A stretch of DNA of 64,000 nt. Source: Veillonella sp. Its GTDB lineage: Bacteria > Bacillota > Negativicutes > Veillonellales > Veillonellaceae. The position numbers were made by a program, and so were the translations under genes. Of the stretch, positions 1 through 9,681 are shown one piece after another (position 1 is the stretch's first letter; every line of letters starts with the position of its first letter). The notes under the pieces are model-generated. The model saw only the letters and a list, made by a program, of their open reading frames with translations. It made no database searches and was not told where the DNA came from. The stretch is from the NCBI RefSeq assembly GCF_018381775.1, contig NZ_JAGZRH010000009.1:22518-86517 (forward strand), read 5' to 3'.

Positions 1-747
1 TTTGAAAACTCCCCACACGGAGATGACTTTGTATTTAACAAAGAATGCAAAATTAATGAGATTAAAGCTGACAACTCTCAAAATTGGGACTTTGATACAT
101 CACCATCCCAGTATTATGATTTTTCATTCCAAAAGATAAAAGAGAAGTTCATTAATTACAACTGCAGTTACTTTGATCACATGTATTTCTCGTTCTTGCC
201 AATTTTAGCAATACCTGTGTATCAACAAATGGCTTCTAATGATTATATTTATAGTAAGTCTTATAATTTTAAATATAATGATTACATTACGGAAATGCTA
301 GCAAATAAAATGGGACTTAATTTATTTGTTCCTCCTGATGCGGCTCAGCGAAATAATGTAAAAACAATTCTTAAGACTAGCCACCATAAAAATGAAGGTG
401 ACTCTGAGGTAATTAAGGTAGATGCCTATTCTTATAGGGCCATCGAACACGTAGATCAAGTACCTGTACGAGCTGGTAATGGTAGAACCTATTATGTTCC
501 AGTCCGCTGGGACGAGTATGTTCCTGTTACAAAACACGAATTTATAGAGGTTTCAGAAATTAAATCTGCTGGAGAGGATTTTAATCATATTAAAGGTCTA
601 GATCAGTATCAAAAATCTGAAAATAATAGAGATAGGTCTTTTGCATACGATCACTTTATGGCAGGTAAACTATATCGACAAAATCAGTCTCTCGACGATT
701 TATTAAATACTATTTACAAAGAATTTGGAGGTACTCAAAATGGCTAA
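1..747 (+). CDS. hypothetical protein (5' partial; frame 1 is open from window position 1)
   Basis: No stop in frame 1 between nt 1 and the ATG at 181, so the ORF probably begins upstream of the window. AT-rich with no recognisable motif. Overlaps the LemA start by 8 nt. Confidence 0.45.
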   Translation, partial: FENSPHGDDFVFNKECKINEIKADNSQNWDFDTSPSQYYDFSFQKIKEKFINYNCSYFDHMYFSFLPILAIPVYQQMASNDYIYSKSYNFKYNDYITEMLANKMGLNLFVPPDAAQRNNVKTILKTSHHKNEGDSEVIKVDAYSYRAIEHVDQVPVRAGNGRTYYVPVRWDEYVPVTKHEFIEVSEIKSAGEDFNHIKGLDQYQKSENNRDRSFAYDHFMAGKLYRQNQSLDDLLNTIYKEFGGTQNG

Positions 748-1459
748 CCAACTCGACGAAATGAATCCGGAAATTATGTCTGAAGGCAGAGATGTGCATG
801 TTATCGCTAAGGTAATCCCTGTTGAAACTAGTGGCTTTGAAAAACTTCTTCCAACGATCCTTATGGCAGTTGGTGTTATCGGTATCGTTTTAGGCATAGT
901 TATAGACAAGTATCTAGTATCTATTATTGGCGCCATTGTATTGATTTATCCATGGTGGCGATTAAAACAAATTAGCTCAGAGTTTAATATGATGGAACAA
1001 AGAATTCAAAATGCTGCATCTGAAATTGATAACTATATGGAGCAACGTGTTGTGATTCTTTCTAATGCGGCTAAACTTGTGGAAAAATCTATTGAAGTTG
1101 ATAAGGATATCCTTGTAGACATTGCTAAGTATAGAAGTGGTAATTTCTCTGAAGAATCTAGAAGTGATGTGAATGCACAACTTAACAAGGCTACAAGAGC
1201 CCTCAACGTAGCTATAGAAAATTATCCTGAATTACAAAGCCAAGATACAATTCGTGATGCAATGCAACAAAATTCTTACTTACAAAAAGAAATTACGGCA
1301 GCTAGAACGTTGTATAATGATGCTGTAAATACTTGGAATAGAGAAATCTTTGAATTCCCATTTAAAAAGATTGTAGCTGCAAAAGAAGGTAGAACTACAA
1401 GAATTCCATTTATTGCAGATCAAGAAACTAAAGAAAAATCTAAGGGCGTTTTCTTCTAG
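740..1459 (+). CDS. lemA: LemA family protein
   Basis: N-terminal TM helix followed by a LemA-like C-terminal region (…YNDAVNTWNREIFEFPFKKIVAAKEG…). GGAGG RBS at 727-731 lies 8 nt before the ATG at 740. The ORF-track start at 725 is probably too far upstream. Confidence 0.8.
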   Translation: MANQLDEMNPEIMSEGRDVHVIAKVIPVETSGFEKLLPTILMAVGVIGIVLGIVIDKYLVSIIGAIVLIYPWWRLKQISSEFNMMEQRIQNAASEIDNYMEQRVVILSNAAKLVEKSIEVDKDILVDIAKYRSGNFSEESRSDVNAQLNKATRALNVAIENYPELQSQDTIRDAMQQNSYLQKEITAARTLYNDAVNTWNREIFEFPFKKIVAAKEGRTTRIPFIADQETKEKSKGVFF

Positions 1460-1499
1460 TGTGTAAAAAAGTTTGGCATTAGAATATGAAGGAGATTCT

Positions 1500-2846
1500 A
1501 TGAAGTCTTATGAAAAAGGGATTAGCTTATCTATCTGGACTTTGAGTTGGCCTATATTTATCGAAGTGTTCCTACAGCTGTTAGTAGGTAATATAGACCA
1601 AGTGATGATGAGCCATTACTCTCCTCAAGCGGTAGCAGCTGTGGCTAATGCCAATCAAATTCTAAATATATTTATTATGCTCATCATTGTAATGAGCACA
1701 GCTACGACGATTTTGATAGCTCAATATTTAGGGGCTCGGAATCAGTCGAAGTTATCAGAGGTATGTACGGTCAGTTTGGTGTTGAACTTCTTATTTTCAT
1801 CTGTTGCGGCCGTATTCTTTATTACCTGTCATGAATGGATTTTTACATGGTTAGGTGTACCTACCGAAACAATGAGTGATACGTCGATATATACGACCAT
1901 TGTGGCTGCAGGATTACCAATTCAGGCTATGTATTATGCGCTGGTTGCCGTATTTAGAGGCCATTCATTAACGCGTGTTACCATGTATATCGCGTTAGTT
2001 ATGAATGTTATCCATATCACAACTAACTATGTATTAATATTTGGTCATGGTCCCATACCAAGCCTTGGTGTACTAGGGGTATCAATTTCTACATGGTTAT
2101 CTAAGGTGGTTGGACTCGTAATTATCGGCTATACATTTAAGAGATTGCTTACTTTAGAGGTGAGCTTCAAATTTTTAAAACCATTCCCGTGGCATACGAT
2201 TAAGTCTTTATTGCATATCAGTGTTCCTTCTGGTGGTGAAACCTTAAGTTATCAGTTATCTCAGACAACGATTATGAAAATGGTCAACATCTTTGGGCTA
2301 GCTGTTATTAATACAAAGGTGTATGTATCGGTTATTGCCATGCTTTGCTATGTATATACAATAGCGTTAGCAAATGCATCTCAAGTTATTGTGGGATACC
2401 TGATGGGAGCTAAACGACAAGCTGAGGTGACAAATCGCGTATGGCATTCTATGTTGTTAGCCATTGCCATTAGTGTAGGTCTGGCTACGTTCTTTTATAG
2501 TACCAGTGATATTGTACTATCCATATTTACTACGGATCCAGAAATCCTATCATTAGCGCATAATGTATTATTGGTTGAGATTTTCCTTGAATTAGGACGC
2601 GCCGTTAATATTGTTATGGTTAGCTGTTTACAGGCGGCAGGGGATATTCGGACGCCGATGCTCGTGGGTGTCTTTGGCATGTGGCTATGTGCTGTACCAT
2701 TGTCCTACCTGTTTGGTATTTACTGGGGATGGGGCCTCGTAGGTATATGGATTGCCATGGCGGTAGATGAAATTTTACGAGGTTTATTATTTGTATATCG
2801 CTGGTATAGTGGGAAGTGGAAAAATAGACGTCTCATAGAGGCATAG
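1500..2846 (+). CDS. MATE family efflux transporter
   Basis: About 450 aa and polytopic (12 predicted TM), with MATE/NorM-like N-terminal sequence. The ATG at 1500 is preceded by GGAG at 1491-1494; the track's TTG at 1473 is the alternative start. Confidence 0.8.
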   Translation: MKSYEKGISLSIWTLSWPIFIEVFLQLLVGNIDQVMMSHYSPQAVAAVANANQILNIFIMLIIVMSTATTILIAQYLGARNQSKLSEVCTVSLVLNFLFSSVAAVFFITCHEWIFTWLGVPTETMSDTSIYTTIVAAGLPIQAMYYALVAVFRGHSLTRVTMYIALVMNVIHITTNYVLIFGHGPIPSLGVLGVSISTWLSKVVGLVIIGYTFKRLLTLEVSFKFLKPFPWHTIKSLLHISVPSGGETLSYQLSQTTIMKMVNIFGLAVINTKVYVSVIAMLCYVYTIALANASQVIVGYLMGAKRQAEVTNRVWHSMLLAIAISVGLATFFYSTSDIVLSIFTTDPEILSLAHNVLLVEIFLELGRAVNIVMVSCLQAAGDIRTPMLVGVFGMWLCAVPLSYLFGIYWGWGLVGIWIAMAVDEILRGLLFVYRWYSGKWKNRRLIEA

Positions 2847-2894
2847 TCTTATATTTACACGATTTCAATATATATTTAGTAGTTTGTAGATATA

Positions 2895-2933
2895 GTTAGC
2901 CTTACATTAGAGAGTGTAAGGCTAATTATTTGT
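2895..2933 (+). terminator. hairpin (TTAGCCTTACA…TGTAAGGCTAA) plus T-rich tail between the MATE gene and tyrA
   Basis: 11-bp perfect inverted repeat followed by TTATTTGTG. Probably a terminator or attenuator. Confidence 0.4.
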
Positions 2934-2947
2934 GAAAGTAGGTTTAT

Positions 2948-3835
2948 ATGAGTAAGACGGTAGGCATTATTGGCTTAGGTTTACTAGGTGGTTCGTTGGC
3001 GAAGGCTTTAAAGGCCTATACCGATTATGAGGTGGTAGGCTATGCTCGTCGCCAAGAGGTTTGTGATGCGGCTATTCAAGATGGTGTTGTGAAAACTGCT
3101 TGGACTGAGGTAGAACCATTGATTGATAATTCTGATATTGTCGTATTTTCATTGCCACCGGATACAAATGCAAGACTATTTACAGAAACGGCACATCTCT
3201 TCAGACCAGGACAAGTGGTGACGGATGTGTCTAGTGCAAAGGAAAACTTTGTACGAGCTGTATACAGATCCATTCCGAAAGGAACTATTTTTGTGTCTGT
3301 CCATCCTATGGCTGGCTCTGAAAAGGGTGGCTATGAAGTGTCTCATAAAAACCTATTTAAAGGTATGGGTTGGATTGTACTAGAGGATAAGGCCTCTGAT
3401 GTATATAGTGAAGAAGTAGCTCAAGAGCTAGCTGAAATGGGACGCGCTGTAGGATCACGTATTGAATTCGTCGATATCTATGCTCACGACGCGTATTTAG
3501 CTATGGTGAGTCATATGCCACATTTATTGGCATCTATTTTAACTCAAGTTTCCGGTGGTGATGAATTAGGCGAGTTGCGCATGAAATTATCTGCAGGAGG
3601 CTTTAGAGATTGTACACGTGTTGCCGGTGGTTTGCCATCTATGTGGCGTGAAATCATTTACGGTAATAGACACAATGTAATTGAAGGTCTTTCACAGATT
3701 GAATCCGAAATCAAACGGGTAAAAGAGATACTTTTACAAGAAGATGAAGGTCAAGCTTTAGAATCCTATCTTGAACGAGGAAGAGAAATTCGCGGTAAAT
3801 TACCATATTTAACAGGACAAATAAAGAATAGCTAA
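2948..3835 (+). CDS. tyrA: prephenate dehydrogenase
   Basis: N-terminal Rossmann motif GIIGLGLLGGSLAKAL plus the prephenate dehydrogenase core (HPMAGSE). Confidence 0.85.
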   Translation: MSKTVGIIGLGLLGGSLAKALKAYTDYEVVGYARRQEVCDAAIQDGVVKTAWTEVEPLIDNSDIVVFSLPPDTNARLFTETAHLFRPGQVVTDVSSAKENFVRAVYRSIPKGTIFVSVHPMAGSEKGGYEVSHKNLFKGMGWIVLEDKASDVYSEEVAQELAEMGRAVGSRIEFVDIYAHDAYLAMVSHMPHLLASILTQVSGGDELGELRMKLSAGGFRDCTRVAGGLPSMWREIIYGNRHNVIEGLSQIESEIKRVKEILLQEDEGQALESYLERGREIRGKLPYLTGQIKNS

Positions 3836-4025
3836 TGATAAATAATTATTAGCTAAGGCTATACATTGATTAGCACTCATAGAATACTAACAATGAATAA
3901 TTAACATTCATTTGAACTTGATGTATATTTATGTAGCTGAAGCAACGCGGTTTATGCAGTATAATGTGTATACTAGGGTTCGTAAAGAATATACATTTAA
4001 CATATTATTTAGTTAAGGAGATACC

Positions 4026-5063
4026 ATGAGTTTGTTACAAGAAACTTGTGACGCTATTAGAGGTCGCAGTCATGAGATTGAACAACATATAATTGATAGT
4101 TGGAATACAGCATCACCTGTAGAGCAATATGGTCGACTTGTAAATGTGGTAGCTCAATATGGGGCAGCTACCAATCAAGATCCTGTTACAATTCCTAAGC
4201 CATGCATGATTATTGCCTCTGCAGATCATGGTGTTGCTGATATGGGTGTCAGTGCGTATCCAAAGGAAACAACTATTGGAATGACACAAAACTACTTAAT
4301 TCCTAAAGGGGCGGGTGCCAATTCGTTAGCTAATTACTGTGGTGCTCAAATGGAAGTCATCGATATGGGCATTGATGCAGATATGAGCTGGGTACCAGGA
4401 CTCCGTAGTCATAAACTTGGTATGGGCACAAAAAACTTTGTTGAAGAACCGGCCATGACACGTGAACAAGCCATTGAAGGCATTGAAACAGGTATCCGCC
4501 TTGTAAAAGAGAAAATCGACGAAGGCTTTAATGTTTTCTTAGTAGGGGAAATGGGCATTTCCAATACTACTGCTAGTGCTCTTATGACTGCCAAGTTTGC
4601 AGGACTCACTGCAGAGGAAGCTACAGGGCGAGGCACTAATATTTCTGATGAGCGTCTAAAATTAAAGCAACGCATTGTGCATGATGTATTAGAAAAATAT
4701 AAAAATATTCCGAAAGATGATGCAATCGGAATTTTATCCTCTGTGGGCGGCTTTGAATTTACATGTATCGTAGGTGTTATTCTAGGTGCTGCAGCGAATA
4801 ATGCACTTGTTATTATTGATGGTTTTAATACATCTGCTTGTGCATTGGTTGCTAAAACATTAGTTCCACAGGCGATGGATTATGTAATGGCATCTCATTT
4901 ATCAGCTGAAAAAGCGGCTAAATCCTCTTTAGAAAATTTAGGCCTTGAAGCCTATGTTGATTTAGGTCTATGTCTCGGTGAGGCCTCTGGTGGCTCCATT
5001 CAAATGGGAATGCTAGATCTTGCCGTTCATATGTATTTGGCTGTTACAGGAGGTAAGGCATGA
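4026..5063 (+). CDS. cobT: nicotinate-nucleotide--dimethylbenzimidazole phosphoribosyltransferase (CobT family)
   Basis: Conserved CobT motif VGEMGISNTT and a length of about 345 aa. AAGGAG RBS. Confidence 0.9.
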   Translation: MSLLQETCDAIRGRSHEIEQHIIDSWNTASPVEQYGRLVNVVAQYGAATNQDPVTIPKPCMIIASADHGVADMGVSAYPKETTIGMTQNYLIPKGAGANSLANYCGAQMEVIDMGIDADMSWVPGLRSHKLGMGTKNFVEEPAMTREQAIEGIETGIRLVKEKIDEGFNVFLVGEMGISNTTASALMTAKFAGLTAEEATGRGTNISDERLKLKQRIVHDVLEKYKNIPKDDAIGILSSVGGFEFTCIVGVILGAAANNALVIIDGFNTSACALVAKTLVPQAMDYVMASHLSAEKAAKSSLENLGLEAYVDLGLCLGEASGGSIQMGMLDLAVHMYLAVTGGKA

Positions 5064-6163
5064 GAACTTTTACAATTGAACCATTACATGCGCCATCCAT
5101 GGAAGCATGCCGATTACGTATCGATAATTTAACAAAACCTATTTATAGCCTTGCAACATTAGAGTTAATAGCTGAGCGTTTTGCAGGCATTCTGGCAGAA
5201 CCTCAACCAAATCATTTGCGATATGGCGTACTTGTGGTGGCGTCGGACCACTTGGTAGATGGTCCTCAAAATAGTCAGCATGGTAGTGAAAGCTACGCCG
5301 CTATCAAGCGTTTCAATGAAGGTAGAACGGCTACGCAGGGGGCGGCATTTAAGTTAAATGCAGACGTACATGTTGTAAATGTAGGTCTTGAGCAAGATAC
5401 TAGTAATCTAGAATATATTGATCAACAAGTCATTCGTAAAGGATCTCATTTCTTTGGTGTAGAACCTGTCATTTCTCAAGATGAACTAGAGAGAGCTCTA
5501 GAGCTTGGCTTTACCTATGCTGATAAACTACATGCTGATGGATTACAAGTGGTCGCTATTGGCAACATAGGGGAGAGGGCGTTCCTTGACTCCCTCGTAA
5601 CGACGGCTACAATTACGGGCTGTGCCTATGATGATATTCTTGTTCATACTGAATGTGGACCTACGGTAGAGCAACGGGCTGCTCATATTCATTCCTTTGT
5701 AGATCGCTTTGATATCGCTGTTGATGATTGGTCTGCTTTGAGTGAAAGCGAGCGCCGTGATGCGGTATTGCATTTGCTTCATATTGCAGGCGGCTTAGAT
5801 ATTGCATTTTTAACAGGCTTTATTTTAGGTGCTGCCAGTCATCGTATGGCTATCGTTTTTGACAATGCTGTAACAGGTGCTGCTGTATTGGCTGCTGTTA
5901 CCATTGAACCATTGGTAAAAGACTATGTATTCCCATCGGCTGCCTATGAGGAACCAATTCATAAGGAACAATGCCGATTCCTTGGAATAAAACCATGTTT
6001 ACACTACAATTTACAAATTGATGAAGCATTGGGTTCGACCATGGGTCTATCTATTATCAATGCATCTATGCATATGTTAAATGATATGAAAACCTTCGTT
6101 GAAGCTGAAGTAAAAGCGGCAGAAGATGGTGCCGGTAAAGGTAGACAAAAGAATAAAGAGTAA
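5060..6163 (+). CDS. CobT-family paralog (ArsB/ArsA-like second subunit), translationally coupled to cobT by an ATGA overlap
   Basis: Aligns to the CobT fold but the GEMGIGNTT motif is degenerate (AIGNIGERAF). The start codon overlaps the cobT stop (ATGA). Confidence 0.7.
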   Translation: MRTFTIEPLHAPSMEACRLRIDNLTKPIYSLATLELIAERFAGILAEPQPNHLRYGVLVVASDHLVDGPQNSQHGSESYAAIKRFNEGRTATQGAAFKLNADVHVVNVGLEQDTSNLEYIDQQVIRKGSHFFGVEPVISQDELERALELGFTYADKLHADGLQVVAIGNIGERAFLDSLVTTATITGCAYDDILVHTECGPTVEQRAAHIHSFVDRFDIAVDDWSALSESERRDAVLHLLHIAGGLDIAFLTGFILGAASHRMAIVFDNAVTGAAVLAAVTIEPLVKDYVFPSAAYEEPIHKEQCRFLGIKPCLHYNLQIDEALGSTMGLSIINASMHMLNDMKTFVEAEVKAAEDGAGKGRQKNKE

Positions 6164-6171
6164 TCTATATA

Positions 6172-6200
6172 AAAGAGGGAATATTAAATCCCTCTTTTTA
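6172..6200 (+). terminator. rho-independent terminator after the CobT-paralog gene
   Basis: AGAGGGA-atattaaa-TCCCTCT followed by TTTT. Confidence 0.7.
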
Positions 6201-6253
6201 TATGTTTTATGCTCAATTATGCAAAATTAACTGAGATTTTCATGGAAAAACCA

Positions 6254-6282
6254 TTGACACTATATGTGTAAATTGATATTAT
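6254..6282 (+). promoter_or_regulatory. sigma-A-type promoter P1 of the tRNA array (TTGACA-17-TATTAT)
   Basis: Consensus -35 TTGACA at 6254-6259, a 17-nt spacer, and -10 TATTAT at 6277-6282. Confidence 0.55.
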
Positions 6283-6314
6283 TATAGGGCAGTCAGGACA
6301 GACTTAAATTCTTC

Positions 6315-6343
6315 TTGACGACAGATTGATGATTATGTTATAT
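6315..6343 (+). promoter_or_regulatory. possible second promoter P2 of the tRNA array (TTGACG-17-TTATAT)
   Basis: TTGACG at 6315-6320 and TTATAT at 6338-6343. Tandem promoters are typical of stable-RNA operons. Confidence 0.35.
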
Positions 6344-6361
6344 TAATTATCGGTTCTGTAT

Positions 6362-6436
6362 GCGGGAATAGCTCAGCGGTAGAGCACCGCCTTGCCAAGG
6401 CGGGGGTCGCGAGTTCGAATCTCGTTTCCCGCTCCA
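6362..6436 (+). tRNA. tRNA-Gly(GCC)
   Basis: 75 nt. Acceptor GCGGGAA/TTCCCGC, anticodon loop CTTGCCAAG, TTCGAAT T-loop, encoded CCA. Confidence 0.9.
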
Positions 6437-6441
6437 TACAT

Positions 6442-6517
6442 TCCTCGATAGCTCAGTTGGTAGAGCAATCGGCTGTTAACCGATCGGTCGTAGGTTCGAG
6501 TCCTACTCGAGGAGCCA
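6442..6517 (+). tRNA. tRNA-Asn(GTT)
   Basis: 76 nt. Acceptor TCCTCGA/TCGAGGA, anticodon loop CTGTTAA, encoded CCA. Confidence 0.9.
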
Positions 6518-6522
6518 TTTAT

Positions 6523-6598
6523 GACTCACTAGCTCAGTTGGCAGAGCACCTGACTTTTAATCAGGGTGTCCCGCGTTCGAGTCGCGGGTGAGTCACCA
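6523..6598 (+). tRNA. tRNA-Lys(TTT)
   Basis: 76 nt. Acceptor GACTCAC/GTGAGTC, anticodon loop CTTTTAA, encoded CCA. Confidence 0.9.
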
Positions 6599-6602
6599 TT
6601 CT

Positions 6603-6677
6603 GGCCCGTTGGTCAAGCGGTTAAGACACCGCCCTTTCACGGCGGTATCCCGGGTTCGATTCCCGGACGGGTCACCA
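6603..6677 (+). tRNA. tRNA-Glu(TTC)
   Basis: 75 nt. GGCCCGTTGGTCAAGCGG…, anticodon loop CTTTCAC, encoded CCA. Confidence 0.9.
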
Positions 6678-6682
6678 CATAT

Positions 6683-6758
<76 letters not shown>

Positions 6759-6761
6759 CAT

Positions 6762-6836
6762 GCGGGAATAGCTCAGCGGTAGAGCACCGCCTTGCCAAGG
6801 CGGGGGTCGCGAGTTCGAATCTCGTTTCCCGCTCCA
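6762..6836 (+). tRNA. tRNA-Gly(GCC), second copy
   Basis: Identical to the 6362-6436 copy. Confidence 0.9.
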
Positions 6837-6843
6837 TTAATAT

Positions 6844-6919
6844 TCCTCGATAGCTCAGTTGGTAGAGCAATCGGCTGTTAACCGATCGGTCGTAGGTTCG
6901 AGTCCTACTCGAGGAGCCA
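6844..6919 (+). tRNA. tRNA-Asn(GTT), second copy
   Basis: Identical to the 6442-6517 copy. Confidence 0.9.
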
Positions 6920-6928
6920 ATTTCATAT

Positions 6929-7003
6929 GGCCCGTTGGTCAAGCGGTTAAGACACCGCCCTTTCACGGCGGTATCCCGGGTTCGATTCCCGGACGGGTCA
7001 CCA
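6929..7003 (+). tRNA. tRNA-Glu(TTC), second copy
   Basis: Identical to the 6603-6677 copy. Confidence 0.9.
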
Positions 7004-7006
7004 CAT

Positions 7007-7082
<76 letters not shown>

Positions 7083-7086
7083 ACGC

Positions 7087-7118
7087 AAGCGGTTATCTTC
7101 GGATAACCGCTTTTTGTT
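7087..7118 (+). terminator. rho-independent terminator ending the tRNA array
   Basis: AAGCGGTTATC-ttcg-GATAACCGCTT followed by TTTTTGTT. Confidence 0.85.
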
Positions 7119-7135
7119 ATATAATACAATAGCTA

Positions 7136-7459
7136 TTAACGCGGCGCGTACATGATGATATAAACACCCACAAGGCAGACGAGACCGCCGATGATATCAT
7201 ATGTGTCTGGTCGTAAACCATCGATGAGCCAGCCCCATAGGATAGAAAGGGCAATAAATACGCCGCCGTAGGCTGCATAAACCTTACCGAAGCTTGCTTC
7301 TGGTTGGAAGGTAGGGATAATGCCGTATAAGAACAGGATGAAAGCACCAGCCAGTAAATATATAGGGCTTTTATCGTCGCGCATATAGAGCCATACTAAA
7401 TAGCCGCCACCGATTTCAGCTAAACCGGCTAATATAAAAAAGAAAATAGATAAGAGCAT
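7136..7459 (-). CDS. ynfA: YnfA/UPF0060 family small membrane protein
   Basis: 107 aa with 4 TM helices. The sequence pattern (…[12 protein letters not shown]…YAAYGGVFI…) is typical of the YnfA family. Confidence 0.75.
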   Translation of the reverse strand: MLLSIFFFILAGLAEIGGGYLVWLYMRDDKSPIYLLAGAFILFLYGIIPTFQPEASFGKVYAAYGGVFIALSILWGWLIDGLRPDTYDIIGGLVCLVGVYIIMYAPR

Positions 7460-7630
7460 AATAACCTCACAGTATTAATTGAAATCTATTCTCTATTGTA
7501 CAACTTGTTAGCGGAGAGGGCAATTATTTAATGACCAAGGTGAATCGTTACTAGTAGTAAAGAAAAGAATGTTAAAAGACAAAGATATTAAAAGATAAAA
7601 ATGTTAAATATAGATATTAATAGAGGATAT

Positions 7631-7672
7631 AATAAAATTAAAACCCCGTACACATATATGCGTACGGGGTTT
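7631..7672 (-). terminator. terminator after the LysR gene (hairpin AAACCCCGTAC…GTACGGGGTTT; U-rich on the minus strand)
   Basis: 11-bp stem. The downstream minus-strand sequence is TAATTTTATT. Confidence 0.65.
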
Positions 7673-7681
7673 GTTTCGTTC

Positions 7682-8581
7682 TTATAAACGAGCTGGTGAT
7701 TCGCTGTGTACATAATCCATGAAGGTATGCATTGTTTCCGATTTAGAGTTATTTTTCTTGAATGCGAAGCACACTTGTAGTTTAAATGGTTTTTCTAAAG
7801 GTATGTAGCCATCATTGATATTTAAAGAATTTAGAATTTGGCGTGCTACGATGCAGCCTGATTTATTTTTTTGACAGTAGTCGATCATTGTATATGGGTT
7901 AGATAAGCGGCTACCTCTAATGTGTAGATTTTGTTGACCGTTACCAACATAATTTTTCAATGTGCGATACATAAAGTACTTAGGTGGATACATAAGTAAT
8001 GGTTGTTGTTGAATTGCTTTCAAGCTAGCAACTTCCATATTATCGATGATGTTTGGTGCATAGTATACGAATTCGTCCTCGCGAAGGGCTGTAGATTCAT
8101 ATGCTGACATATCCTTGTTATTTGGTAAGTAGAGGAGGGCAATGTCGATACGATTTTCGCGTAAGTCGAGCATCAACTCTTCTTCTTCCATGTCATAAAT
8201 GCTGACAGAGAACTCAGGGTGATTTTGGAAGAAGTGAGATACATATCCGTTAAGGCGAATGTCCCCTAAACTACGCAATACACCAATATTTAAGATTGGA
8301 CGTTCTACCTTGCTGGCTAAACGAATCGATTGAATAGCGCGTTCCAATGTGTCGAGAACTTGTTCTGCTTCTGGTAGGAATAATTCACCTTCTGGTGTCA
8401 AACGGCTACCTCGTGTAGAGCGGGAAATTAATTTCACACCAACTAGACGCTCTAATTTTTTCATTTGAGCGCTGAAAGCTGATTGTGTAATGTTCATAGA
8501 TTGTGCAGCTAATGTAAAGCTTCCTGTTTTATTATAGGTAATAAAACTTTGTAGCTCTTGCATTGTAGGTAACTCTTTCAT
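7682..8581 (-). CDS. LysR family transcriptional regulator
   Basis: N-terminal HTH (…FTLAAQSMNITQSAFSAQMKKLE…) plus a LysR substrate-binding domain; 299 aa. Confidence 0.85.
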   Translation of the reverse strand: MKELPTMQELQSFITYNKTGSFTLAAQSMNITQSAFSAQMKKLERLVGVKLISRSTRGSRLTPEGELFLPEAEQVLDTLERAIQSIRLASKVERPILNIGVLRSLGDIRLNGYVSHFFQNHPEFSVSIYDMEEEELMLDLRENRIDIALLYLPNNKDMSAYESTALREDEFVYYAPNIIDNMEVASLKAIQQQPLLMYPPKYFMYRTLKNYVGNGQQNLHIRGSRLSNPYTMIDYCQKNKSGCIVARQILNSLNINDGYIPLEKPFKLQVCFAFKKNNSKSETMHTFMDYVHSESPARL

Positions 8582-8790
8582 AGTATTCCCCCAATATTGA
8601 CATAAAACTCCAATGATACCTATTACCTTTCTTACTAATATTGTAGCATACTATAATTGTTTTTTCATCTAAATCTATAAAATATGATGAAGCATGCACA
8701 ATCGATATAGTGAGCAATATTATCGCAAAAAAGTGTAATATAATTTCGCTATTATGCACTTATTTCAATAAGTTTCACAATTATCATTAA

Positions 8791-8819
8791 TTGACATAAG
8801 TAAATGAAAATGATATTAT
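8791..8819 (+). promoter_or_regulatory. rpsD promoter (TTGACA-17-TATTAT) followed by a leader hairpin GTACCT…AGGTAC
   Basis: Consensus -35 and -10 elements. The downstream hairpin at about 8830-8850 resembles an S4 autoregulatory leader. Confidence 0.5.
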
Positions 8820-8878
8820 ACATGAGTACCTTTATGTGTAGGTACAAGTTTATATTAATCTTATGAGGTGATAATCAC

Positions 8879-9466
8879 ATGGCAACGAGAAGAGAGGCTC
8901 GATTCAAACTTTGTCGTCGCTTTGGTGTGAACGTATTCGGTCACGCAAAAGCCTTGAATCGCGTCAAAAAAGACCAACGTCAGAAAAAAATGTCTGAGTA
9001 TGGCACACAATTATTAGAAAAACAAAAAGTTAAAGCTTACTACAACTTGCTAGAACGCCAGTTCGTACGCTATTATGATAAAGCGAAAAAAATGCAAGGT
9101 GTTACAGGTCAAAACATGTTGATCCTTTTGGAACAACGTCTTGATAACCTTGTATATCGCATCGGCTTCGGTAACTCCATTCGTCAAGCTCGTCAAATGG
9201 TAAACCATGGTCACATCTTGGTAAATGGTCGTCGTGTAGACATTCCATCCTACTCCTGTAAACCAGGTGATGTTATTGAACTTCGTGAAGCTTCCCGCGA
9301 CAACGAAATGTTCAAAACTAATTTCCAAGAACTTCGTTCTTTCGAACTTCCTTACATTGAAAAAGACTTGGAAGGCTTCAAAGCTACATTCACTCGTCTT
9401 CCTCAACGTGAAGAACTTCCTATCGAAGTTAACGAAACACTTATCGTCGAATTGTACTCCAAATAA
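8879..9466 (+). CDS. rpsD: 30S ribosomal protein S4
   Basis: The N-terminus [18 protein letters not shown] and length are classic for S4. Confidence 0.95.
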   Translation: MATRREARFKLCRRFGVNVFGHAKALNRVKKDQRQKKMSEYGTQLLEKQKVKAYYNLLERQFVRYYDKAKKMQGVTGQNMLILLEQRLDNLVYRIGFGNSIRQARQMVNHGHILVNGRRVDIPSYSCKPGDVIELREASRDNEMFKTNFQELRSFELPYIEKDLEGFKATFTRLPQREELPIEVNETLIVELYSK

Positions 9467-9482
9467 TTTGGCGCTTATGGGA

Positions 9483-9510
9483 AAACCACTCAGAATTGGG
9501 TGGTTTTTTC
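9483..9510 (+). terminator. rho-independent terminator after rpsD
   Basis: AACCACTC-agaatt-GGGTGGTT followed by TTTTTC. Confidence 0.7.
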
Positions 9511-9556
9511 TTTATGACATGTCACTGTTAAAGGGCTATAACAGTGTAAAAAACAA

Positions 9557-9585
9557 TTGACATAGAACACCAAAATCTGTATACT
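9557..9585 (+). promoter_or_regulatory. rplM-rpsI promoter (TTGACA-17-TATACT) with a roughly 95-nt leader
   Basis: Near-consensus sigma-A elements. The leader may correspond to an L13 autoregulatory leader (inference). Confidence 0.6.
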
Positions 9586-9681
9586 ATTTTGAGTAAGCTT
9601 TAGTCGTGTTTCCATTAGCCCCGGAAGCAAAGGACAAGCTGATTTTGGTAGAATTATGACGTTATTAGGAGGATATGCAGC

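Noticed and set aside
3836-4025. Possible cobalamin riboswitch upstream of cobT
   Set aside because: No B12-box (GCCACTG-like) or conserved riboswitch core is visible in the 190-nt leader; it has only AT-rich promoter-like sequence.
7500-7640. AT-rich stretch with reiterated (A/G)ATATTAAAAGA-like motifs
   Set aside because: Low-complexity promoter-proximal A/T tracts between divergent genes. There are no clean repeat units, so this is probably UP-element-like composition rather than a discrete element.
9267-9560. 97-aa ORF overlapping the rpsD 3' end and the rplM promoter
   Set aside because: It overlaps the conserved S4 gene in another frame and spans its terminator and the downstream promoter; it is not credible.
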